Positions 9,907 to 19,490 of a stretch of 56,345 nucleotides of DNA are shown here, one piece after another. The position numbers and the translations under genes are program-made. Numbering within the stretch: the stretch's first letter is position 1; each line of letters begins with the position of its first letter. The DNA lies in the IMG/VR virus record IMGVR_UViG_3300009566_000006, positions 1 through 56,345 of that record; one strand, 5' to 3'. The DNA comes from a virus (Duplodnaviria; Caudoviricetes). A model generated the notes under the pieces. It was not told the DNA's origin and did not search any database. It saw nothing but the letters and a program-made list of their open reading frames with translations.

Positions 9907-10119
9907 ATGACTAAATCTAATCGTAATTCTGGAAAGCCCTGGACCCGCTCCGATATTTCACAGTTGAAAGTACTCGCCAAGAAGAATACCCCTACCAGAG
10001 TGATGGGCCTCAAACTCGGTAGAACTGAGGATGCCATTCGTACTCAAGCATCAAAACAAGGAATTTCTCTTAAACCTACAAATCAATCCCCGTATAACAG
10101 AAGAAAAAAGCGAGGGTAA
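9907..10119 (+). CDS. Small basic HTH/Myb-like protein
   Basis: KPWT...LGRTEDAIR pattern; AAGGAGG RBS. Confidence 0.7.
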   Translation: MTKSNRNSGKPWTRSDISQLKVLAKKNTPTRVMGLKLGRTEDAIRTQASKQGISLKPTNQSPYNRRKKRG

Positions 10120-10123
10120 CATC

Positions 10124-10507
10124 GTGACAAAAAGAAAAAGTCAACCTGACCACGATGGTATGGTTATTGCAGTCATAAAGTATATAAAGGAAAATGGGCA
10201 CTCAAACGTAAATGCAGATATACCGAATTACAACCAGCCCGAAATGCTTCATTGGAAAGGACAAAAGGATGGACATATTCCAGATATAACGTCAGTTCGT
10301 GGCGATGAATCATTCATTTTTGAAATTGAAACTGCCGATTCAATTTCTCACTCTCACACAGAAGATCAATGGAAGTTATTTTCAGCGTCCGCCAGTTTGA
10401 ACTCAAAGAGTTTTGTAATCGTTATTCCCAAAGACTCTAAAAAAGAGGCTGAAAACCGTGCTCAAGAATTGAATCTTGCCTTATATGAAATATGGACAGT
10501 TGGGTAA
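10124..10507 (+). CDS. Small PD-(D/E)XK-fold nuclease-like protein
   Basis: H...HIPDI...IFEIET motif; GTG start just after the previous stop. Confidence 0.6.
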   Translation: MTKRKSQPDHDGMVIAVIKYIKENGHSNVNADIPNYNQPEMLHWKGQKDGHIPDITSVRGDESFIFEIETADSISHSHTEDQWKLFSASASLNSKSFVIVIPKDSKKEAENRAQELNLALYEIWTVG

Positions 10508-10693
10508 CAGCTCCAAAAAGCTTTGTCTTCTGCATTTCCAATGCAAGAAGGACGCGCAAGGATCGCCTAGGACGCGAGATTTAAGGTGTGTTATAAATCC
10601 CCCTTATAGAGTCGAACCCATACCCCCCCCTTGTCCTGTCTGTATTTCCGGCGAGGCTGACCCTGACCTGACCCAATAGAAAGCCTGGAAAGC

Positions 10694-11665
10694 CTAATCG
10701 ATCACATCTGCATTTAAAACTATACCTTTTGTGTATGAGCTTTCCAAGAAATTCCAGTATGAAGTGTTTCTCACAATTTTATCTATTATATCCTCATCGA
10801 TCTCGCCCGATTTTTTGACGGGAAGATTTATTGTCATTTGCATCAGTTTTTCTCGAAAGCATTTCCTGCCAAAGGAGAAACGCCATCTCTCTGAATTAAG
10901 TATAAATTGAAAAAATATTAAGGTACTCGCTCGAAAATTCATATTTGGGATGCATACAGCAACATCATCTTTTGCAGCAAATTTGTATGGATGATATTTC
11001 GTAGTAAGAGGCTGGCCATTATAAGCAATTGTTAAGGCATTTATGTAAATTTTACTTTCAGGAACCTTTACTAATTTCATAACACCATTATTGTTATCTC
11101 CACAAGAAACAAGCGGGATACTACCATCCGGGAGACTACCAGCATTATGATAATCTCCTGATTTCAAGGTGAAAATTGATTTAAGTAGGACATTTCGGAA
11201 ATATTTCACGTGATAGCTCTTACTTGTTAGGCTTCTTTGAGGAATATAATCATTTATTTGAGGAGGCTGAATTTTTTGATAAATATTAGGCAATTCTAAT
11301 TTTGTAATTCGATCCTTTGTAACCATACGCCCATAAGAAAAACGCCATTTGACAAATTTATTAAAATAAGAGGCATAAGAGAATAACTGTTCATCGGCCA
11401 TTTTATCTTTGGGCTCTAATACAACGATCCCACTTCCTCCATTACCTCTCCCCAAGAATGGCGGGATCTGTATAGAGGCTTCGCAAAATGCAGAAATGCA
11501 TATACCTTTGAATCTGAAAATCCTGTCCCCCTGAATTGGTTTGACAAATCCCTGTATTCCATTATCTTTAAACCCGTTTGTTACAAAAGCAGCATCGCCT
11601 TTTTCATATTTATTAAATGCATGCGATTTCGCTATATGAATATTGAAAATATCAGAGACTTTCAT
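10694..11665 (-). CDS. Restriction-modification specificity subunit (BcgI-beta-like, two TRDs)
   Basis: Two internal repeats ending WRFSYGR and WRFSFGR; stop/start overlap with the RM gene. Confidence 0.85.
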   Translation of the reverse strand: MKVSDIFNIHIAKSHAFNKYEKGDAAFVTNGFKDNGIQGFVKPIQGDRIFRFKGICISAFCEASIQIPPFLGRGNGGSGIVVLEPKDKMADEQLFSYASYFNKFVKWRFSYGRMVTKDRITKLELPNIYQKIQPPQINDYIPQRSLTSKSYHVKYFRNVLLKSIFTLKSGDYHNAGSLPDGSIPLVSCGDNNNGVMKLVKVPESKIYINALTIAYNGQPLTTKYHPYKFAAKDDVAVCIPNMNFRASTLIFFQFILNSERWRFSFGRKCFREKLMQMTINLPVKKSGEIDEDIIDKIVRNTSYWNFLESSYTKGIVLNADVID

Positions 11666-13533
11666 ATTGAATTTTTCTCTTTCTTATAACGAATTATAAA
11701 GGCAGCATTTTCACGGACCAAAGCTTCAATCCCATCTCGTAGTTGCTCTTCAGAAATTGGTGCACTATCCAAGTAAGCTTCTGGAACGAGTTCTAATAAC
11801 GGATCTGAAAAATCTATCGGGCTTAGTTTATAAAACTGTGGAATGGGACTGAACGAAAATTTATTATTTTCGATAAATGCCCTTATATTTGGCATAATAA
11901 TATTGAATTCATTAGGCTCTTTTTTATTAGGAAGTCTTTTACCCTTAATTTTAACAAAGCCATCGTGCATTATCCTTGCCCATAACACATTTTGCTTTTT
12001 ACTATGCGGGACGCCTTTCTTAATAAATACTCCTATCGAATGCACGCCTATGGGGTAAAACAGTTCAGGCGGGAAAGTGACAACTGACAATAATGTGTTT
12101 TCTTTTAATAACTTATTATTGCGCCACTGTCGTTCTTCTCCCGCTTCAAACATAACTGAAACGGGTAAAACGCTAAAAAGTAAACCACCATTATCCATCT
12201 GCTCCAAAGCATGTTGAACAAATCTATATTCTTTTTCATCACTGGATTTCAATGCAAAGGGAGGATTCATTAAAACCTTAGTGACTATCCTCTCTCCTGT
12301 TTCTGTAACATATTTTGCGGTTACGGTGTTGGCTCTCGTCGTCTTAACTAGGCTTTTTTGAAAACAATTGCCTTCAATTATATTGTTTTTACCATCACCG
12401 CGAAAAATCATATTTACAATGGCAAGAGCGACAACTTCAGGCTCTTGTTCAATACCAAAGAGATGATAATTTTTGAATTCGTTGATTTGCTTTTCTGTGG
12501 AAGATTTTTTTATATGGTCAAAAGCGGCAACTAAGAATCCTCCTGTACCGCATGTAGGATCGTAAAGAAAATCAGATTTATTTACGCTTAATACTTCAAC
12601 GGCCCATTTTGTAATATGGCGTGGGGTTAATACTATGCCTATCTCTTTTGCACCATTACCATATTTAAGAAAGACTTCATAGAATTTGCCTAAAACATCC
12701 GTACCAGAATTCATAGCAGAACGAATATTAAGGTTATTTAATTCCTGGATAGTTGCAACAAGAGCCTTCTTAAACTTAACATGATTATCTTCTGTGGGAG
12801 GAAGCGATATATTTATAAAGTTATAAAATTCTCCTTTATCTTCTTTTTTTAATACCCTTTTTGCCCTGCTATTAATTTCATCAATCAGTACAGATGGTGG
12901 TGCATCGATATTCGGAGGAACTTCGTCGATCAACGCCAGCAATAAAGCAGCCATCACCCTGGCACGATAATTTTTATTTATTGCCCCGAGATGAAGTATT
13001 TGATTGATTTTTTCGGCTTTGTTTAGAAATAACTTTTCATCGATGGGAACATCTTCAATGGAGGGATTATTTGTTTCTAATAAATGTCTGCTTACTTCTT
13101 TCGATATTAGACTTGAAATCTCTTTGCCATTGATAGTTATGTGTACAAATTTGCCATTTTTTAGAAATCTGCTCTTTATCAAATATCCATCTGTCTGATT
13201 TCCGACAACTCCTGAAATAATAACTGCCTTAATATTATCGCTCTTGTTCACAAGATTTGCATAATCCTTAGCTTCAGAAAGAGCCTGGTCAAGCTGGCCA
13301 TGGCTTCTTTTAGCTTCAATGATCCAGAAAAATTTTTCAGAGAGTTTGACAATATTCTCCGGTTTTAAACTCCCTAATCTTTTCTTAATTTCCGGATGAT
13401 GGAAACATTCGTTTTGTGTATAAACTTCACCGTGTGGATTTCTTGCAGGATTTCTAGTATCCCATCCAAGCGACTTAAGATTTTCTCTAATAAAAATGTA
13501 TGCATCTACTTCTGTGTCCTTGGATTTAGTCAT
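11662..13533 (-). CDS. Type IIB/IIG fused endonuclease-N6-adenine methyltransferase (BcgI-alpha-like)
   Basis: N-terminal PE...IIEAK nuclease motif; DPTCGTGGF (motif I); NPPF (motif IV); 623 aa. Confidence 0.88.
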   Translation of the reverse strand: MTKSKDTEVDAYIFIRENLKSLGWDTRNPARNPHGEVYTQNECFHHPEIKKRLGSLKPENIVKLSEKFFWIIEAKRSHGQLDQALSEAKDYANLVNKSDNIKAVIISGVVGNQTDGYLIKSRFLKNGKFVHITINGKEISSLISKEVSRHLLETNNPSIEDVPIDEKLFLNKAEKINQILHLGAINKNYRARVMAALLLALIDEVPPNIDAPPSVLIDEINSRAKRVLKKEDKGEFYNFINISLPPTEDNHVKFKKALVATIQELNNLNIRSAMNSGTDVLGKFYEVFLKYGNGAKEIGIVLTPRHITKWAVEVLSVNKSDFLYDPTCGTGGFLVAAFDHIKKSSTEKQINEFKNYHLFGIEQEPEVVALAIVNMIFRGDGKNNIIEGNCFQKSLVKTTRANTVTAKYVTETGERIVTKVLMNPPFALKSSDEKEYRFVQHALEQMDNGGLLFSVLPVSVMFEAGEERQWRNNKLLKENTLLSVVTFPPELFYPIGVHSIGVFIKKGVPHSKKQNVLWARIMHDGFVKIKGKRLPNKKEPNEFNIIMPNIRAFIENNKFSFSPIPQFYKLSPIDFSDPLLELVPEAYLDSAPISEEQLRDGIEALVRENAAFIIRYKKEKNSI

Positions 13534-13738
13534 TTTGACCTCTTTTTTTATTCAAGTAATAAAGCTTGGAATTTCCAGCCCTCTTAATCTCAATCTCTCC
13601 ATAATCAACCATTGCATCAAGATAACCAGAGATTTTGGCTTTGTCCCTATTCAATTTTTTAGCAATATCGGAATGGGTAAGGAAAGCCTCTTTTTCCAGA
13701 AGAGATTTGATTGAGGTTTGGAGCATAGTATTTGACAT
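13526..13738 (-). CDS. Winged-HTH regulator leading the RM operon
   Basis: LTHSDIAKKLNRDKAKISGYL...GNSKLY; 70 aa; overlaps the RM start. Confidence 0.75.
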   Translation of the reverse strand: MSNTMLQTSIKSLLEKEAFLTHSDIAKKLNRDKAKISGYLDAMVDYGEIEIKRAGNSKLYYLNKKRGQND

Positions 13739-13806
13739 TTGGAATGCTCCTTTAAAAATTATTAAATAAATCGATCCATCATAAGTGCTTACAATAGACT
13801 TATTAC

Positions 13807-13881
13807 TCGATTAATTAGTCGATGTTATGATCGATTAATTAATCGATTTGCTTTATAAAGTATGAATAATATCAAAGTCAA
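13807..13881 (-). promoter_or_regulatory. RM operon promoter with two palindromic operators
   Basis: TTGACT-18 bp-TATAAA, followed by ATCGATTAATTAATCGAT (13830-13847) and TCGATTAATTAGTCGA (13807-13822). Confidence 0.65.
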
Positions 13882-13987
13882 GGGAAAAACAAAGTATCCA
13901 AGTAAACATTCCTTGTTCTGAATAATATCTTAAAAAAAACGGCAACGGCGAGAATGGGCCGCCTAGGACCTCGTCGGACTTAAATGG

Positions 13988-15094
13988 TTATATAATTACG
14001 CTATCTGTATTGTGGTTTTTGGCCGTGATTTCCATCTTATAGCCCATGCTTGCCGAGAAATATCGGATTATTGAATCGGCGTAATAGTCCTGATCGTACA
14101 GCCCGGTCCCCTCAAGCCTAATTACTGTCCGGGGGGTCAAGATGTTATCGGCCGGCAGGGTTGCAAAGAGCTTCATTTCATGTGCCGAAATCGCACGTAG
14201 CCGGGCGTATGCTTCCTGTTGGGCTTGATCCGGGGTAAGGTTTGGAAGGCAAAAATAATAGGACTGCGGAGAGCCTAAAGGGGTGTTGGCGCGCTTCAGG
14301 ACCGGATCTCGTTTATGGCTGGCCCTGGCAATTTTGGTGAATCCCTTTTTGTGCTTCTGGTTCCAGGAGTGAACGTACACAATGCTGTCTTTGGAAAGGT
14401 TCATATTCCTGGAAAAATGAAAGTGTGAGCCCGTGAAAGTCGGGTAGGCGTTCGATACATCGTCCCATTTCAGGAGATAGTAATCTGCGCCGTCCGATTT
14501 CGGCTCAAAGTGCAGTTCGTCCCCCTTGACATACACGTTGAAGTTTTCCAGGGAAGCCAAGTAGGACAATAGATTCCATTCAGATCGGAACGTGGTTATT
14601 TTCGCGTGCTCAAGCTCATAGTACCGGCCTACCTTTGTGCTGGTCTTGGTCACTACGGGAGTCAGGTCGTGACTGTCAGCTAAGAACGTGGCAATTTGGG
14701 AAGACGTTTGATTCAGCCACTTTTTACTTGTTTTGGTGTCAATCAATAGGGCTGTGTAATCCCGGCCCGAGAGCTTCACTGTGCTGCGGGTAGGGTCAAT
14801 AGTAAGATCATCTATTTCTGCTTTTATCAGCAAATCAAGATCGGACTCGCTGAAGCTGGCCGGATTATTCGGATACCCGGCGTATATTTCGATTATGATG
14901 TATGTAACCTGCGCCCACCATGTAAGATCAATCGGGCCGGACTGCTTCAGGGGCATGGTGCAAAGGAAAGTGTCGGCCTGGTAGAATCCGTTGTTATTGA
15001 TTTCCCATTCAATAAAATCAACCCGTAAATCGTTTATCTTCACAATGCTGCGGGGCTGAGTAACGCAGGATATAGGATCAGTGTTAAGCTGCAA
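13988..15094 (-). CDS. Baseplate hub / late control D-like tail protein
   Basis: SGRDYTALLID...SEWNLLSYLA pattern; size and position. Confidence 0.8.
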   Translation of the reverse strand: MQLNTDPISCVTQPRSIVKINDLRVDFIEWEINNNGFYQADTFLCTMPLKQSGPIDLTWWAQVTYIIIEIYAGYPNNPASFSESDLDLLIKAEIDDLTIDPTRSTVKLSGRDYTALLIDTKTSKKWLNQTSSQIATFLADSHDLTPVVTKTSTKVGRYYELEHAKITTFRSEWNLLSYLASLENFNVYVKGDELHFEPKSDGADYYLLKWDDVSNAYPTFTGSHFHFSRNMNLSKDSIVYVHSWNQKHKKGFTKIARASHKRDPVLKRANTPLGSPQSYYFCLPNLTPDQAQQEAYARLRAISAHEMKLFATLPADNILTPRTVIRLEGTGLYDQDYYADSIIRYFSASMGYKMEITAKNHNTDSVII

Positions 15095-16082
15095 GTACGC
15101 CCCCTGTCGATTCAGACGCGGAAGGTTTAGGCGGAATTATCAAAGTCTTTTGGCCGGTAACTTTCGGATCAGTTAAGCCGTTTGCCTTTGCTATGACGGT
15201 CCAGAGCGTTGCGTCCCCGTATTGCTGCTGGGCTACCTGGTACAGATCGGCGTTTATGACGGTGATCTGCCGGACTGTCGGCGTCGGGGTTGAAATATAG
15301 TTTGTGTTTTTGTTCGTCTTCTCAAGCTGGTAATGAACATTGTTCAGCTGGACGGAGTTGTTAAACCGGGCTACCTGTGCAGACATTTTATTAGCATTCA
15401 CGGATACTGAATTATTCGGGAATATACCGCCCAAAGTGGTAATGTCCTGGATGGTGTTGTTTACAGAAGCAATGGCGGTATTAACAATCTTCTGCGCGTC
15501 CTGGATCTTGTTTTTGATTTCCTTTACCGTCGCCTGGTACTTCCGAACAGCTGCGATAGCGGTTTTAACGTTAGCTATTGCGGTCTGAATAGAACTGGCC
15601 GGCACTTCGGTTGTTTCGGTCAGGCTGTCGGCTGCGTCTGAAGCTGTGTTTACGTCTTCATCCATGACCTGATAAACGTTTTTTGTCGGGACCTCAACAA
15701 CGGGATTGGAAAGGTCGTCCACAACAATCAGGGTTATCGAATACGGGATCTTGTAGAACCGCTGAAACTTAAAATTGAATTCCTGGATTACGACGGTATA
15801 GGAAAACGTCGGGGACCAGGACAGGCTTAAAGGTTTCCCCTGGTTTCTGAGGTATTCAAGATATTTCGCCCTTTGTTCAGCCAGGCTCCCATACAAGAGC
15901 CCGTGCCAGGTTATAGGATGGTCCTTTTTCCCGAGCGTATTGACAATACGTTTTCCGCCGATCAGATCATGCACGGAAAGGTGTTGTTCCCCGCCAACTG
16001 AAATTTCTTCCGGGATTTCATAGTCCTGGAATTCAAAGTCCCCGAGTTTTAAAACCAAGTCAGGATATATTTTATCGCCCAT
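15084..16082 (-). CDS. Tail tube initiator with C-terminal LysM domain
   Basis: LYQVAQQQYGDATLWTVIAKANGL LysM; follows the tape measure gene. Confidence 0.75.
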   Translation of the reverse strand: MGDKIYPDLVLKLGDFEFQDYEIPEEISVGGEQHLSVHDLIGGKRIVNTLGKKDHPITWHGLLYGSLAEQRAKYLEYLRNQGKPLSLSWSPTFSYTVVIQEFNFKFQRFYKIPYSITLIVVDDLSNPVVEVPTKNVYQVMDEDVNTASDAADSLTETTEVPASSIQTAIANVKTAIAAVRKYQATVKEIKNKIQDAQKIVNTAIASVNNTIQDITTLGGIFPNNSVSVNANKMSAQVARFNNSVQLNNVHYQLEKTNKNTNYISTPTPTVRQITVINADLYQVAQQQYGDATLWTVIAKANGLTDPKVTGQKTLIIPPKPSASESTGGVLAA

Positions 16083-16083
16083 G

Positions 16084-17949
16084 TTATTTACCTGAATATC
16101 CTTGCGGTACTGCGTTCATGCTCCAATCGAAATCACTTATGCTGTTTATCGGCCTTGAGCCCTCTTTTGTGATTTCCTTTAATGTAACCTGGCCTAAAGT
16201 CCTTCCGTCCACTTGGAGAATTGCATTGTGAGAATGCTGGGCCGTTTTAGATCCGGGGGCTACTGTGTTGATCCGGTCTTTTTCATACATATCGTCCCAT
16301 ACGTTCGAGCCGCCCGGTTTTTTGGGGTCGTGCATAAAATCATAAAACCAGGCGCCGGGAGAATCGTACTTGCCGTTGCTTACCCATTTGACGAATTCGT
16401 TAATGCTGGAATTGAGTAAGGTTCCTATCAGATAGCCGATTCCACCAGCCGCCATAATACAAGCCCCGTTGAGCCCCTTCCCTAAAAGATTGATAAGGCC
16501 CCCGGTGCCGGTCAAAACGCCTATAACGGTTTTCAGTCCCCCAACAAGCCCGAGCGCGCCCAATCCGGATTTAACGATTAAGAGCATGCCGCCTAAAGTC
16601 GTGAGCCCTAATATAATTCCCCCGATCACAACAAGAGTTTTGGTCAACGTCGGATTTTCTTTGAATACTATAGCCAGCTTGTTTAAAAATTCGGAAGCCT
16701 TGACAATTATCGGAACAAGCAACGGGACTGCGGACATAAAAAGACCAGTCTTTGCATTGTCCCACTGAGCTTTTAGGGCCAGGTGCGCGGTCTGAGGATC
16801 GTTTTTAATAGCTGCTTCGTAAGCTTCAGCGGTTGATTTTGTTTTTCTAATATTTCGCTGATCGCGCTCAAAGTTAATCGGCTTAATTGCAAACTCACCC
16901 GCCAATGCAGACGCAAGTTGATTTCCACGCGTGATCTGATTTATGTGGAATAATAATTGCTCAGGGGTAATGTTTTCCCCGTATTTCTTCTTTATAGCCG
17001 GTACAAGGATTTGCTGGACCCATAGGAAGGGGTTTTGCATTGCCAGTTGCCAGTTTTTCATTGCCCCTACTGTGGTTCCGCTGGTCGTTGTCTTGAGGGC
17101 TGTATTGGCATCAACAAGGCCAAGTGACTGAAGCTCCGGAAGGGCCTTTTTGTTAATATACCCCTGGACAGTCATTCGGTAGAAAGCGGCCAGCATGGGA
17201 CCTACTCCGCGGGAGCCGCCCCCGGCGCTACCCTTCCCTGCCGCGTACTCCTGGATCAAAGTAGGAAGTATCTCGTATTTAAATTCGTCATTCCAGCCAT
17301 ACTTTGCTTGCCGCCCGTACTGGAAAACAGATTGCATTGCCATAGGGGTAACGCGGCCTTGTGTAGCAATGATCGCTTTCGACATTAATTCCGCTTCATG
17401 CTCGAAACGTTGTTTGTTCTGAGCTGCGCCGATGATATCCAGAGCTTTCGCCATTCCATAAGAAAATTCCTGAGAATTTGAAGCTATGGCCTTTGACGTG
17501 GAAGCCTGGAAAACAGCTTGAGCCCGTGATACTACCGGCAAGGCGCCATGTGCCTCATGAATATCCCCGAGAATATTTCGTAAATCGAGAAGCGTTCGCA
17601 GATTTTCGGTTGCCGTTGTCGTAATAATTTTAGAACTTGTTTCCCACGCGGCCCCGGTAGCCTCTGCAATCTCTTTTTGCTTGAGCCCGGCCATGTTCAT
17701 AATGTTCAATTGATGGACGTATTCTTCAGCGGGTTTCAGAGCTTTGGCGAAGATCCCGAGGCCCATAAAACCGATCCCGGCAATAGCAGCGCCGGCAAGC
17801 CCGATAGTTCTAATCCGGTCTATGGTTTTCTGAAGCTGTTTTGCGTCTTTATCGGCCGTGTTGAAGTGCCTGGACAGCAACAACAAGCCGGAACTGACGT
17901 TGTTAATCAGCGATATTTTGACCGCAACGGAATACGCTTCCCACGCCAT
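16084..17949 (-). CDS. Tape measure protein
   Basis: 621 aa, Ala/Gly-rich helical, hydrophobic segments, downstream of the tail chaperone. Confidence 0.8.
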   Translation of the reverse strand: MAWEAYSVAVKISLINNVSSGLLLLSRHFNTADKDAKQLQKTIDRIRTIGLAGAAIAGIGFMGLGIFAKALKPAEEYVHQLNIMNMAGLKQKEIAEATGAAWETSSKIITTTATENLRTLLDLRNILGDIHEAHGALPVVSRAQAVFQASTSKAIASNSQEFSYGMAKALDIIGAAQNKQRFEHEAELMSKAIIATQGRVTPMAMQSVFQYGRQAKYGWNDEFKYEILPTLIQEYAAGKGSAGGGSRGVGPMLAAFYRMTVQGYINKKALPELQSLGLVDANTALKTTTSGTTVGAMKNWQLAMQNPFLWVQQILVPAIKKKYGENITPEQLLFHINQITRGNQLASALAGEFAIKPINFERDQRNIRKTKSTAEAYEAAIKNDPQTAHLALKAQWDNAKTGLFMSAVPLLVPIIVKASEFLNKLAIVFKENPTLTKTLVVIGGIILGLTTLGGMLLIVKSGLGALGLVGGLKTVIGVLTGTGGLINLLGKGLNGACIMAAGGIGYLIGTLLNSSINEFVKWVSNGKYDSPGAWFYDFMHDPKKPGGSNVWDDMYEKDRINTVAPGSKTAQHSHNAILQVDGRTLGQVTLKEITKEGSRPINSISDFDWSMNAVPQGYSGK

Positions 17950-18446
17950 TAATCAAGCTCCGTGTCATAGTTGAATTTCGCGTCAATCTGCTTTCCCCCT
18001 GCAATACCGGAGAGGGTAGCCGCAAGCAGGATCTTTTTAATTTTGGGTTTATTTACCCATAGAGAAGGGCCGAGTACGGCGCGCCGGGGAAGACGGCCCG
18101 GTATGCCTAATTCATGTTCCAGCATAACGGGGTCCTTAGAACCAACTACAGCCTCAAACCCTTCTGTTTTATGCTCGATTGATCCCCTTAGCTTGCCGGT
18201 CCTCAAGAGGGGCTCATTTTCCGGGAATCCGGCGCGCACCCTTATGCCCTTTGTGATCGGGGACAATTCGGCCCAACGTGGAAACGGTCCAGCTGACTTT
18301 GTTCTTAAATAATGGCCGAACCGCTTTACGGCTGTTTTCTCGACAATGACGGCGCACTTTTCCAGACCAACGTGAAGCGCGGCTCCGGTTGTAGCAGCTG
18401 ATTTAGCGAAATGGTCGGCAATTTCGGCAAGAGAATTGAAGTTCAC
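17949..18446 (-). CDS. HK97 gp10-like virion morphogenesis protein
   Basis: PLLRTGKLRGSI...HELG...LPRR motif. Confidence 0.7.
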   Translation of the reverse strand: MNFNSLAEIADHFAKSAATTGAALHVGLEKCAVIVEKTAVKRFGHYLRTKSAGPFPRWAELSPITKGIRVRAGFPENEPLLRTGKLRGSIEHKTEGFEAVVGSKDPVMLEHELGIPGRLPRRAVLGPSLWVNKPKIKKILLAATLSGIAGGKQIDAKFNYDTELD

Positions 18447-19002
18447 TATGAATCCTTTTTAAAACTCATTGTGTGCCAATTAAATTCACTACCTTCCATT
18501 TCACTGAAGATAATGCAGTAAGCAGCGCGCTCATTGTCGGACAAGGAAAAAGCTATATCGAACGGGATTCCATTTCTAACGAGCCACAAACATTCCCGCA
18601 ACGTAGGGGCTCTACCTATTTTTTTATTTCTTTTTTGGTTTTATCGGGACTCGGAGGACTGAAGCTTTTTGTTACTTCCTCCATTACGGCCGATATTCCA
18701 TCTTCATCAAGTAGCTGAATCAAGGCTTCAAGTTCTGCCTTTGTGTTGAAAAATGCGTCTTCGCCGTTAATGGCAACCACGTAGGCAACGGGCATTACCA
18801 TACCCATATAGACATTGTTGCTTGCGGCTTCCCCGCCTACCATTTCGACTATCCTGTACTGAGCCAAAACGCCGGGCTTGCGGAGGCTAATAATACGCCC
18901 CCGCGAGTCCGTTATATCTATGGTTTCAGCTGCCTTCTGCAATACCTGTTCGGTCGGCAACTGCTGATTTACTTTCAATTTCTCTGATACCTTTACTGAC
19001 AT
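18446..19002 (-). CDS. Tail assembly chaperone (18616-19002) with -1 frameshift extension to 18446
   Basis: A-AAA-AAA slippery run (18619-18625) just before the stop; the -1 frame stays open (IGRAPTLRECLWLVRNGIPFDIAF...KKDS*). Confidence 0.8.
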
Positions 19003-19029
19003 ACGTTCCCCTTCCTGTTAGAGTTAAAT

Positions 19030-19461
19030 TTAGCTTACCTTGATCCTGCGGGAAGCAAGAAAATCAAGGGACTGCGAAACGGATTTATCGCCCTTCCAGT
19101 CGCCGGCATCATTGAGCTTGAATATAACTCCCTGATATCGGTACTGGCTGATAGATCCATCAACTTCGGTTATTGTTTCCGTTATGCTGGCTTCCCCCAA
19201 TGACAGTCCGGAGTAGTAATTTTCCTCTATGGTCGCCCAATAATCGTCAAGCGTGTTGTCCTGGCGCTCAAGGTTAAAAGTTCCCTGCCAGCCTTCCGGG
19301 AAAACCAGGTGCCGGGTAATTCCGTCTATGCCTTTTAAGCGCTGATCCGTGGACTGAGGTTTGGACGAAAACCCGGTTATAAGAGAAAACCTTTTTACGC
19401 CCTGATCTGTGTTGATACTCAGGGTTATGTCACGACCTACCGAAAATCCATTTAAGGGCAT
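19030..19461 (-). CDS. Tail tube protein
   Basis: 143 aa, beta-rich, directly after the sheath gene. Confidence 0.8.
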   Translation of the reverse strand: MPLNGFSVGRDITLSINTDQGVKRFSLITGFSSKPQSTDQRLKGIDGITRHLVFPEGWQGTFNLERQDNTLDDYWATIEENYYSGLSLGEASITETITEVDGSISQYRYQGVIFKLNDAGDWKGDKSVSQSLDFLASRRIKVS

Positions 19462-19490
19462 TTTGTATATCCTCCTTTACCGGGTAATGG

